A stretch of 64,000 nucleotides of DNA from Lama guanicoe (taxonomy: Eukaryota): positions 20,605,082 through 20,669,081 of the forward strand of contig MU054323.1 in the NCBI GenBank assembly GCA_013239625.1, given 5' to 3'. Shown in pieces: positions 21,961 to 34,500 of the stretch. The notes beneath the pieces were generated by a model that was not told the DNA's origin, did not search any database, and worked only from the letters and a program-made list of their open reading frames with translations. The first letter of the stretch is position 1. Each line of letters starts with the position of its first letter. Position numbers and translations under genes: made by a program.

Positions 21961-24451
21961 CGCATTTCTACTCATCTTTCAAGGTTCACTTTGGGCACCG
22001 CCTTCCCGGGACTCTTCGGTCTCCTCCCCGCACTCTGCCCGCTGCCCCAGGCGGGAGAAACTGCTCCCAGCTTAGAGCCACTGCCCCGGTAGTGATTTCT
22101 GTTGAAGCTGTTACTTCGGCCCTGGGGCATGGATGTTTGCCCTTCTCCTCTGTTAAGGGACCCCCGTGAGAGCTGGAGGGCGGCCTGGGTCTGAGTCACT
22201 GCCCTGCCCCACTGCCCAGGGCTGAGCCTGGCAAGCTGGCGGTGCAGGTACCCTACTGTCTGGAGAAGCTGGCCAGAGGAAGGATGGTCAAGGCCCTCGT
22301 GCCTTCTCACCTCCCAGTGACCCCGCCATCTCCCCAGCCACTTCCCTGCCCTCCTCCATCCCCACAGCTATATAGTCCACCCAATCCTGTCCACACAGTT
22401 CCTACCAGTTCCCAGGAGATGTGGTGAACCCCTGCCCTGCTCTCAGGTTGGGCCTTGCTGATGAAAAGTAGAATCTGTGCTAGTGCTGGTTCGTCCCCAC
22501 CCCAACTCCAGCGAGCCGGCCCAGCGCAGACCTGGAGACTCGGGGCCCCGACTCAGCACCCCGGGTCACTTCTGGGCAGCCACTTCAGTGTGTGTGTACC
22601 CTGAAGAGGAGGAGGGGGTTGAGGAGTGCCAGGGAGGGAGGGAAATGAACCATCAGCCCTCTGCCACATTTATTTAAGGGGCACCGAGCAGGCAGCAGGC
22701 ATGCAGACCGCTGGCTCAGATAGGGAGGGGATTCCAGGAGCCCTGAGAACTGTCTGCGCCTTGGAGCCCTCCTCATGGCTCTTGCTTCTGCAGATGGATC
22801 TGTGACTCTGTTAAGTGTCACACACACCCCAGCATTGCTGGGTGGCACCAGTGACATGTTTTGTACACTTCACAGATTGCCGTGTTTTGCAGCAACAGAT
22901 CATGAACTTTAGACCCAGCTGGGACCCCAGCAGGGGGATTGCTCTACACCTGCCCTATTTCTATCCCCCGTTTTGCTGAGGGTGGGGACTGAAGTTCCAA
23001 GAGAAATGACTGGCTCAAGGTTGTACAGAGCAAGACAAGAGTCAGGTCTCTTGGCTCCCAATTTGGGACTATTTCCACTGTGTAATATCATGATCATCAT
23101 GTTTTTTACAACAATATTTGAATATATTTTGTTCTTTCATCATATGAAATGTCATATAGGCAGGCATTGGGGGTGGGGAAGTCCTTGGAAAGAGGTGGCA
23201 AAAAGACGATAAGGCTGAGCTGCACCAGTGAGCCCATATCTTTCCCCACCAGATCAAGCCCTCGCTCCCCACCTGAGATTTCACCCCACGTCAGGTGTAG
23301 TGGGTGTGGCTCAGCACCCAGTGCCCTAATTAGCACCTGTTGACAGTTTCTGGTTTGTGTGTTATCACCCTGGGTCCGCTTATCTTTATCAGAGCCAAAG
23401 GTTGATTGGGGCATTCTGGCTGAGGCTCAAAGCAACTTCACTCTGATTCCATGAAGCATTTATAACCACTGTGAATAACAGCCCTCTTTTCTCAAGATAG
23501 CAGACTGACTTGTCCGAGAGATGCCCTGTGGAGTCTTTAGTTTAGTCCCTCCCATGCTCATCAAGATGATAGTGCAGGGTTCTCCCCTCAGCCAGGAGAG
23601 GAAAGTGATGCCAGGCCTCCTGACCTCCAGCCTCAGGCAGGGGCCATGGAGCAGCCAGAACCCCCTACCAGGGACTGCAGCCTCTGCTCCTCCAGCCTCT
23701 CTTGCCAGGACACATGTTCCTGGGCTTTATCAGTCCAAGAGGTGAAATATTAATTTGGCCATCTCTGCCCTGCCCTGCCCCCATAGCTGGCTGCCCCTCT
23801 CCAGGCAGGCAGGGATGTGTACCCATCAGGACAGGGTAACAATGCCATGGAAGCAGCCTGTAGGAGCACAGCAGGCCCTGCATGTGGCCCCTGGCCATGC
23901 AAGGGGATCGTTCTTGGTCTCTTCCCAATATTAGCCTCAAAGCCAGGCCCTCGGGTTCTTCCCAGCTCCCCTCTGAGCCCCAAGGGAGATATCTTCTCTG
24001 AGAAGTGACCCAAACTTTTCCTGACACCTGACAGTCCCACCTGGACCCCCTCAGTCTGGTGTTGCCAGAGAGAACCAGGATTCTTCTCCCAGCTTGGCCA
24101 TTGTCCCCCACCTGAGGCCCCTGGGCAAGTTGCTGTGCACCCAGACCTCAACTGCCCCACCTGTAAAATGGGAATGGACTTTGATCTGTCCTAGAATACC
24201 TGCCTTCCCACAAAGACGGTCCTGAGTCTGGGTGACTACCCCACCCCTCTACATAGACCCATCTAGAATAGGATCCAGGGCCCTGGATGTAGATCTTTTG
24301 TGTCTCAAACCTTAGTGGGTCCCACTTACAGCCACTCAAATGCCCTTAGCTCCTGGGCCAAATCTCCAGGGACTTCCCAGGGGAGACAGAGATGTCTTCT
24401 GAGGAATGTTCTCAGAGACCCTAAGCGGGGATAGGTCCCTGCCCAGCAGCT

Positions 24452-24453
<2 letters not shown>

Positions 24454-24487
<34 letters not shown>
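24454..24487. repeat. (GT)~17 microsatellite
   Basis: directly visible. Confidence 0.95.
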
Positions 24488-24490
<3 letters not shown>

Positions 24491-24979
24491 CACGCATGCA
24501 CACGCATGCGCACCCGCCCTCCTGGGGCATTGTCTGGAGGGGGCATTGTCCAGAGGGCTGGGCGGTTGCCTTTATGGCTAGGCATAAAAGGTAATCATTG
24601 ACCGCATCAATGCCGCCCTGCGCGTCAGTGCCCGCCCAGCCTCGACCCTGCCAGGCCCTGGATTACTTTACAGTCACATAAAAGAAGCCTCCAGACTGGC
24701 CCCTGGGGACTTTGGCCCTCAAGGGGGGAACCGGACGGAGCCGTTCCCCGGAGACGGCCTTTTCTTATAATATTTACTTGACAGAGAAAAGCCCCCGCCT
24801 TTTATCAAACACCGCCGGGATTGTCTCAGCCCAGTCTGCCCTAGCTGCAGAGTCCACATCAACAGCCACCCTCCTCCCCTCCTCCTCCATTCCTCCCATC
24901 AGGACTCACTGACAGCCTGGACGTCCCCAGGCTGGGACTCAGATCACATCTTAGAGGCCTGTTCCCTTTACAGTTTTAT

Positions 24980-25100
24980 TTCTTTGAGCCCTCACTAACC
25001 CTAGGGGGTAGGAACCGAGATAATTCCCATTTTACAGACAGGAAAACTTGGGCTCAGAGAGGTGGAGTAACATTTCTAAGTCACACAGCCAGTAAATAGC
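24980..25100 (-). mobile_element. MIR SINE
   Basis: cccattttacagacaggaaaacttgggctcagagaggtggagtaac...gtcacacagccagtaaat. Confidence 0.85.
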
Positions 25101-26368
25101 AAACCTCTACCACATGTGGGAGTCTACACAGCGGTGTTTCCAGACTTGCTTGATTGAGTGCTGTTATCAGTTAAAAAAACAACTCTCAGCATACACCTTT
25201 GATATATTTATACATATCCGTAAATCATATTCATGCACTGCTGAGGTCTGCATGGTAAATATTAGAACATATCTACACCCCAGTGAACGTTTTCTCGTCC
25301 TTTCATTCAAACCCAATTCAATCAACTTGACTGACACTCCCCCAGGCTCAATTCCAGCACGGACTGCCTGGGCCAGAGAGGGAAGGTGGAGTGGGACTGA
25401 ACTCTGCAGGAAAGGCAGGCCTCAGGCAGGTGATTATATTGGGAAAGGGCATTCCAGACAGATGCTTGAACCCAAAAGGCAGAAAATGGCAGGAAATGCT
25501 CAGGCACAGACGAGAAGCCTGGGAACGTGAGTGGCTGTAGCCAGAGACAATGCTGGCAAGTCTCGGGTGGGGCTCAAAGGAGCCGGCCAGACCGCCAGGC
25601 CTTGCGGAGGACGCCGTGGGTCTGTGAGCAGCGCCGTGACTTTACCAGAGCCGTGATTTGGAAATTTCTCCCAGGCCACAGAGTGGAGTATGGATTACGG
25701 TCTTTGATCGATCTCCCTGGATCTGTGTAACGTGGCCCTTTGGGAGGCTCAAGACTGAAGCTAGGTCAGGAGTCGCCACGTCTCTGCATCTGTGCACACA
25801 CACTGCCATGTACAAGTACGGCAACCTCACTGGCCTTGGTTTTCTTATCTATAAAATGGGCGTAATGGTAGCACACAGCATGGATGCTCTGACAGTAGGG
25901 GACAATTGGCTGAAGTGCCCAATTCAGTGTGCAGTACGTCACAGATGCTCAGTGAATGACAGCTGCCCTCACTACTGGACCACACCACTCCCTTGGTTCT
26001 GCTGGAAGAAATCAAACCAATGCCTCAATAGTTTAGTTCAGACTTCCTTTTTGAGGAACCGATAGACTTACCACTCCCTCCCCTGGGCTTACCTAGCTCT
26101 GGACTCATACGGGTAATTAGCACTAGCACATCATATGACAGTCACTTGTGTATCTATCTGTCCCCCCGACCTCACCATCTCTGTGCTCCTGTCCCAGAAA
26201 TGTAGTGGGCCTGGGTTGATTTTTGTGACTGGGCTCAAAGCTTCATAAAAAGTGAAATAATAGGAGAGGAGGAGGAGGAAAAGGAAGCAGTGTGTGTAGG
26301 GGCACCTGGCTAAGCTCTCTACGCACATTATATTATGAATCCGCTCATCCACCCTATAAGGTAGGCCT

Positions 26369-26710
26369 ATCAGACAGGATAGGCTGGCTTAGGCCATGGT
26401 AACAAACATCCCAACATTGCAGCGGTTTAAAACAGTAAAAATGTATTTCTTTCTCATACCAAATGAGCATTGCAGGTCACCTGGAGGGTTCAGTGCTCTA
26501 TTGTCCTCATGCAGAGACCCAGGCTGAAGGAAGTCTGTCAACATCGTTGTTCACAATCACCATGGCAGCCAGAAGGAATATGAGGGTTCACACCTTAGCT
26601 CTCATTGTTGCTACCTAGAAGTGGCTTGTATCAACCCTACTCACATTTCAGTGGCCAAAGCAAGTCTGTAGGTCACACTCACTTCAAGAGGGTAGTGAAG
26701 TGTCTTCTTG
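26369..26710 (-). mobile_element. LTR33-like ERVL solo LTR
   Basis: atcagacaggataggctggctt...ggtaacaaacatccc...tatttctttctcata...gacccaggctga...ctcacatttcagtggccaaagcaagtc. Confidence 0.7.
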
Positions 26711-29700
26711 CCAGGCCTGAATTCCTAACTCTATGTCATGAAGGCCACACAAGGTGGGTCAGATCCATCCCCAGCTATGCTAACAGCCATCCCAGTGGGT
26801 CACCCAAAGACCCCTTAGCAAAGACTCGTTCTCTCCCCCATCCAAAGGGTATCCATCTCTCTCTTCCCCTGGAAACCCCCTCTTCTCCATAGCATCAATA
26901 CACAAGAATCTGGGTCAGCCTTTATCCTCCAGCAAAACTGCACTCATCGAGGAATCAGCTTTGACGTTGGTTAGACATGAAAATCACAACCATATTTCAT
27001 ACCCGACACTGAGACATTGTGGGTCTGGCAAGGAGCACGGGAAAGAGTTGGGGAAAAAAACCAGGGACAACTGGCTTGGGGTTGGAATGCGATTTATTAC
27101 CAAATAATTATACGCTATCTGTGGGCTGGGATCACACACTTGAGTTTGTACCACAAGGAGAGTCTGCCCTATGCATTTCCCAGAGCCTATTACCTGTTTT
27201 TTCCATCATTGTTTGCAACAGGGATTGTGCAAGGTCTGAAGGCAAGTCTGCTATGGTATGTGTGTGTGTATTCATGTGAGTGTGCGAGACAGAGAGCCAG
27301 AAAGAAGGCTGCAGGCGGACGAGGAGTGTCTATGGAGCACAGCTCTGCTGGTGCCGAGGAGGAGGAAGACCAGGTCTCTGTCTAGCTGATCCAGATATAA
27401 GAAGAACCTTCCACATCCAAAAGTATGTGTGCTAAACCTGGCTCCCTATGAAAAGTAGCAAATAGAATCACCCTCACCCACAGGCCGACTTCATTCTGCT
27501 CTGGGGGCCGGTTGAGGAGACACAGTCAGGCCAAGGGGTGAGGATGGGGGCAGAAACAGGCAGAGTTTCAGGCAGACAGAGCAGAACAAAAGTTCAAAGT
27601 CGAAGACCAGAGAGATTCAGAGGGCAAACTGGGGACAAGAGGCAGGGGCTGCTGAGGGGAGCACAGGGCCTGGGGCTCTGCCGCTTACCAGCCGGGTGAC
27701 CAGGGCAGTTCTCCAGCCTCTCGAACCCTCAGTTTCCTCAACTGTAAACTGAGGCAAATGAGCAACCCTGCCATAAGTTGTTGTGGGGCAAGGGAGCATA
27801 CGAGCAAAGCCAGCACAGGCCTGGCTCCTGGGTGGTGTGCAGTGGACAAGGCCTCGCCACGGGCTCCTGTTCTCCGGGACCTAGTGTGGGTGGGGCCAGG
27901 GGAGAAGCCCTCCCTCCCGCCCTCGCTGGCCCAGCCTGAGTGAGCTGTAGAATGGGGAAAAGCCATGCAGCAGAGAGTCAAGTTCTGAGGAAAACCAGTT
28001 ACCTGGTGAGCAGAGGCCCAAAGAAGAGCTCTCCAGCCTTTTCTTTCCTTGTCATCCCTTACTGTCCATTTCTTAAAATCTTGCTGGGCACTAGCTGGTT
28101 TCCAGGGCCCTAATGGGAGGGAGGGGGAGGGGGTTCTGGAGGCAGGAGAAGAAACTCTAAAGCCTGCCCTTTAGAGCTCATAGTCTAACAGGGAGGAGGG
28201 GGTGGGGGGAGCTCAAGACCCAGAAAACAAGGAATAGAAACCATAGTTTGGGGCAGGAAGAGCTCAGGGCCAGGAGGCCACAGCAGGGAAGGCACTGGAG
28301 ATTGAAGGATGGAGAGGATGAGTGTGGGGGAGCAGAGGGGCATGCAGGCAGCAGACACAGCTGGAAGAAAGGCCTGGAAGGGCTCCTGGGGAGCAGTCAG
28401 GTGGCAAATGAGGGATCCTAGAGACAGGAGCAGTAGGCTGGGCTGTGAGCGGTGGGGCCGCCTGACCTGGGGAAGGAGAAACAGGGCTGTGGAGTTTTGT
28501 TCGGTCAGAGATGGGGAATACAGCCCCAGCACATGAGATAGATGCCCTGGAGACAAGACAGGTATTGGGGAACGTGGGCTGCTGAGTTCATAGCCCCCAG
28601 GTGCAGACAGAGGAAGGGCAAGTCTCTGCATGGGGTCACCACCTCCTTGACCATCCTACAGCCAGACCCTGGCTGTGTTGACAAACGTGCCCTTCCCCTG
28701 GCCGCAGGAGCATTGTTCAGCTGGAAGTGAGTCACAAAGCTTTTCCTTCCTTCTCTTCCTCTCCACTCTGCTGGCCCGACACCTTGCATATTCTCTCTCT
28801 TTCTCACACACAAGAAACCACACGCATATAACCACATGCATGCACCTTTCAGAATCCATGAACTATAAATAAGTGGTTATCAGCATAAACACCTCGATCC
28901 AGCACTGGGGGTGGTGGTGAGGGGTGTGGCTCAGGGTTCGGGGCGTGTGTGCATCTGCAGAGTGCGTGTCTGTGTGCGTGTGCACACAGGTGTTCTAGAG
29001 TCTCTGATGTGCTGGGTCTCTGAATTTGTGAGCTCATTGGCGTGGCTGAGACCAGGAGCGGGTATCTGTGAAGGGAGCAGCATATGTGGGTCTGTGAGGT
29101 TGTGGCTGGAGGGTGGTTTCCGTGGGTGGGGGGGTGCCATGGGTTCATCCCTGCAGGGACCACACGGGTGTCTGTGTTGTACGTCTGTACCACAGGGCCA
29201 GGGCGTGGGTGCCTGAGGAGTGTTTGCCTGGATATCGGTGTTGTGGAGGGGCAGGGGGCGGGGGGTGAGGAGGAAGTGTGTCTGTCTGTCTCCATAGGCA
29301 CTGAGGTGTCTGAGCCTGGACAGCCAGCCTCACCCTTGGCTCTGCAGGATGTGAAATAACTTGGGTTTGTAGGTGAGGCTGGTGTCACATCTTCCACTTA
29401 TGTTTCTTTCCCTCAGCCTGCCCAGAGAGTCGGAGATAAATCCAAGTCTACACTGGTGGCCATGGTCTAAGCGGTGTCACATTCACAGGGGGTCTTCAGG
29501 GGACAGAGACATCAGACAGAGCATCTGGCCTAGGAAAGGAGTGAAAGCAGGACCTTGCCCCCTCCCTCTCTGTCTCCCTCCCCTGGGCCCACGCAACACC
29601 ACAGGGCCCAGCAAACAGAAGGGGCACCAGGACCACAGGGCCCACCGGCTGCCACCAGACAGGACTCAGTTCAGGCACCCCAGGGAGGACGCCCTCCACT

Positions 29701-31294
29701 AACCACCCCACCTGATCTGCTCCCAGCTAGACTGCAAACCCCAGGCCTCATCTCCTCAATCTCCCCATGTACAAAAGATGGATCATGATATCTACAGAAA
29801 AGGGTTACCTGCACCCAGGTGGACCTGGAATCACGGCCACAGGGAGTGGAGCTCAGCAGTTAGGCTCCCTGCCTCGCCTCCTCCCCAGCCTCCAGAGAAA
29901 CAGTTCAGGTGGATCCTCCCTTTGGGGGCGGGGGTGCAGGTCTTCAGGCTATCTCTAGGGGGCACCGACAGGCAGCCAACACAGGCCTGCACCTGTCAAT
30001 GGGTTAAATGGGCAACAGATAGGGCAGGCCTAGGGGAGGGGGAGAGGGGCTTGAGGATCTGTGTGAAAAGGGGACGGAAGTTCAGTGGGGCCTGACGGGA
30101 GGGTTTGTCTGTGAGATGTGTGACTTCTGTCACCCAATGGCCATAGGAAGAGCAGCCTGGGGCCCTCTGTGAATTCAATCCCAGGCTCACATGGACTGGG
30201 CTCCATGGAGGGGATGGCCAGGTGGTCCCTGCTTGCTTGCTTAAGGCCTCACTCCTCCTGGGATGCAGGAGGGAAGGTGATGCGGGCTGATTGGGGTCTG
30301 TCTGCTTTCTCTCTCCTCTATGGGTCTCACCAAGGCGATGGCCTCCCCCTAGAGCCTCTCAAGGAGATGAAAGTCCCCTAACTCAGCCCCAGGGGGATGG
30401 CAGCAGTCAGGGTGAAGGGACCATCCCCTAGCACAGATCCTGGAGGGAAGGGCAACTTGGGACACTCTGGTTTTCTGCTGCCTTCTCCCGGGATGTACCC
30501 TCATGATAGGCGGCCCCTGGAGGCAAAGCCATGGCTCCATGTGACCAGACTCCCTGCGAGGCTGCGTTGCCAGGAGGAAGGAGGCTCCAGGGCCAGTTCT
30601 GAATTCTAGGGGGTGGTCCCGGTCCACGGAGGTGCTACCTTTCTCCCACATTGCCCATCCATAAAGGGCATTTGTGCCCAGGCAACACCGCCCACCTGGG
30701 GCTGGGGGCAGGGGCTGCTGTGAACACAGCGCCACAGTGAAAGCGGGACAAACGCCCTGTGTGCGCCCTGGCCAAGGTGCCAGAGGAAACGAGGTCGGGG
30801 CCCAAGTGTTAATGGGCCTCCTTCCTGCCCTGTCCCTGCCAGCTCCCTGGTGCTCATCCCCTCTCCCCTGAAATGCCCGTTTCCGCTCAGGTCCCTGCAC
30901 GCTCCCTCCCTGCCCCTGGCCACAGATCTGTCCTGCTCTGACAAACCTCCCTCTCAGCCTTCGAGTTTATGGCTTTTCCATGTGCCTTCCTTCATGTGGT
31001 TGGGAACCAACGCTCTGGTCCCCAGAGCAGAGGCCGGGTCTGGGGTGGAGGAGGCTGGGCCTGGGCGTGGGGACTAGGCCTGGCCAAGCAACAGGAGGGG
31101 AGACTGGAATCCGGAGTGAGGGAGATAAGGGCAGGCCGGGGAGCAACGCAGGAGGGCGGCCTCTGAGCCCTCTCCTGAGGGAGGACAGGTGAGGGGAGGC
31201 CCAGGCGGCCATTCCCGGGAAGGAGTCAGCGCCAGCCCCGGTGACGGCAAGCAGGGGGACTCGTGGGTTTGTTTTTATTGGTTTTTTTAAAAGA

Positions 31295-31500
31295 AATGTT
31301 CATTAGGCACCGACTGTGCCCTGTGCCAAGTGCGTCTGGTGAACTCATTGTCTCATTTAATCCTCACAAAGACTCACCAGTACCATTGCCCCCGCTTTAT
31401 AGATGACAAAACTGGGGCCCAGAGAGGTTAGGCACCACGCGCCCAGGTCCCAGAGCTGGTGAGTGGCGGCGCGAGGACTCAAGCGCAGGCAGTGTCCGTG
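31295..31500 (-). mobile_element. MIR SINE, unusually CpG-rich
   Basis: ctcatttaatcctcacaa...ttatagatgacaaaactggggcccagagaggttaggc...agctggtgagtggcggcgcgaggactcaagcgcaggcag. Confidence 0.85.
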
Positions 31501-34294
31501 TGTTGAAGACAAGCCACCATACTATTTGCATTCTTGTCAGTCACTGTTGGGCTGAGTCCCTGGGTCAGCCCCAGGAGGGGTCATTCAACTCCAGGGCTAC
31601 CTGTGCCCTCAGGGACCAGAGCACCCTCGGGCTTCCTTAGGTACCAGTGTCATCTACAAGCTGACATCTCCCCCACCGGGGGACACATTTTCAAATGCAT
31701 GTAGAAGCTGTTGAATAAAACACACACTCATTTAAAAGTGTCACTGAATGTATATTTGTTTGCGGTTGTTTGTATTTTTTTCTCAAAGGATTTTAAAAGT
31801 ATGGCTGCTATCACGTGGAACAGGGAGCTGGTCTGCAAAATGTTTCGATTCTATGAAAGAGTGTTTGTATTAAAAAAAAAAGTTCAGAAACTGCTTTACA
31901 GACTAAGACACCGATGCCCTGAGAGGTAGTACATCCTGGCGGAGTTTCAGAGCAGGCTGGGGCCAGGGAGGGTAATGGAAGCAGGGTGGGGCTCTCTTTC
32001 TGTCTGGTCAGGGTGGCCCCCCACATCTCAGGAAAGAAGGGGGCCTGCCCAGGGCTGCAGGGGTAGACCCTGAGGGATGCAGTCCAGTGGGGCATGGAGC
32101 TTGAGGGACAGATGAAGGGGCTAGGAGAACTTCAGGGACCTCACCTGTCCCTCAGAGTAGGGACAATTTTAGGGACCAAGGAAGAGCCCCAGCCTTACCT
32201 GTCATTTCTTCTCGGAGCCTTTCCTAAGGCTGGCATTGCAGGTCCTCCTGGGACAGAAGCCAGCTTTGAATAAAATAGGAGAAAGATGGGAGGGGGCTTT
32301 CAATGGGGAAGTTGCCCCCACTCCACCCAACTGGACCAAAGGGATAGATCCCCCACCCCTTCCCCAAAGGAAGGAAGCAAAGGAAAGACATTTCTAGAGC
32401 GTTTACTGTGTGCCAGTCACTATGCTTTTACAGGTTAATATTTTGTTTTTAACCTCAACAATCCTGTAAAGCAGATCTGACCACTCCCATTTTTATAGAT
32501 GCCTCTCAGAGAGGTGAAAAGTTATAAAAAAAGCAGAGCCAGCCCCTAAGCTCGACCCCACATTGCGGGTTCTGATCTAAGTTCTGGGGGGGTCAGATCT
32601 GCTGGAAGGAAGGGGAGGAGGAGAGGGAAGGTGAGGCCCAGCCCCCACATCCCCTGCCCCCACGAACATCCTCTCCGCCTGCCTTTGTTCACAAAACCGA
32701 AAAAGTGATGATGGTTTTCCTTCCTCTCTTTAAGAAAACAACAGAATCAAAACAAACAGAGAAGGGGAACTCCCTCCTGTAGCTTTTGCCAGAAATAAAA
32801 GGAAGAAATAGTCCCAGTCCAGCCCTGAGACAGGGTGTGGGAGGGGAAGAGAGAGCACCCCTCTCAAAAACCCAAGCTTCAGGGTCACCCACCTTCTGGT
32901 CCTCATCCAACCCTTCCCCCACCGGTCACCTTACCACCCAATCAGATACACAGGCGTGTGTGTGCACACACACACTCACACACACACAGCTGAGGCAGGT
33001 GACACTTCCCAGAGGGCTTTAGTAAACCCTAAGGAAGGGCAAAGAGGAAATAGAAACACCCCCTCAAAACACAAACCAGCACTGGCGACCTCACGCAGGG
33101 CTCCCAGGCCCTGCCCTATTTCTCTCTTTGGAGCTCCCTGCACTGAAGTCTCCAGAGGGTAGTGATTACCTCACAGGGTCCTTTTTCCTAGAGTCAGGCT
33201 TGCCAGCTCAGTGTTGTACCTTGGCGGCCACAACACTCAGTCTGGTGCAGCCTTGGGTGCATGATACTGCAGGATGCCCATCATTACCCTGGCCAGGACC
33301 TTCCCATTCACCCCCTAGTTCAGCCTGCTGGTCCAGATGTCTTGTGCTGATTGGCTCATCTGGGTGATTGACAGCTTCAGAGATCTGCCCCCTGCATACA
33401 GGGTGGCGGCCTTAAAGGCTCAGCAGCGTCAGCCTCCCCCAAGGACGTGGTCCCACAGAACTGGCCCATCAGTCAGCTTCACTCTTCGACAGAGACTCTG
33501 GAGCCAAACACACCTTTTGAAAACTGCCTGGATAAATTAAGGAATTTGTGGTCTGGGTTCGAGGTCAGACTGTAGCTGGAGAATAGTTTATCCCCACTGA
33601 GACTAATTAGTGTCAGCAAGTACTAAATGAGTACTTAGTTTTGTACTCAGTACTGTACTTGGTCCTGTGGGAAATATAAGAAGACAGATGAAGTCTCAGA
33701 ATCTCCTGGGACCTGGGAGAGATGGGAATAGGGAGGGATGGTGCCTAAACAATTAAGAAGAGTCTAAACGGAGACTCAGCTCCTCTGGAGATATGGAAGG
33801 CTGGAGGGAGAAAGAGCACGGGTGATGCTGCTAACTGGGAATCACTGAACTGCAGGGTTCTGAGCTCCCTCTTGGATCCCGGGGCTGACATGTCATGCAT
33901 TTAGCAGGTGTTCCGTTGGTTTCTGTTGGACAAACAGCTACTCTCTGGGCTTCACTGGCAGCAGAGGGTCAGAGGAGGTCAAGCAAAGACTACTCTCCTG
34001 AGGCTGAGGCCAGGGTAGCGCTGTAGCTGTACCTTCCACCTCTGTGAATGATCCCTTTTCTTCAGCACACCCGGTACCTGCCCAGCCTTCATCCTTTCTC
34101 ACCTGAACACAAAGGCAGCATTCCCCCTTTGCTTTGTGCCTTTAGTAAATCCTCCGAGTGGCCGCTGGAGCTATTGTGCCAAAACACAGGTCAGATTGTG
34201 TCATGCCCTCCCTCCCTCCAAAGCTTTTGCCAGCTCCCCATTGCCCACCAAGGAAAATCTATGACAGCTGCCTCTCTTCCCCCGGCTGTAGCGA

Positions 34295-34500
34295 GCACAG
34301 TGGTTGGGGGTCAGGCCCCTGAGTCTAGATTCTGGCTCCACCTCTTATCAGGTGATGACCCAGAACAAGTTACCGATACTTCCCAAGCCTCTGTTTCCTC
34401 TCTGGAAAGTAGGATGCTTAGAGTATCCGCTCATAGAGTTTTGGTGAGGGCTAAATGAAGTGTATTCCACGTAGAAATACACAGTGGAGCACCCAACACT
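34295..34500 (+). mobile_element. MIR SINE
   Basis: caagttaccgatacttcccaagcctctgtttcctc...ctcatagagttttggtgagggctaaatga. Confidence 0.7.
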
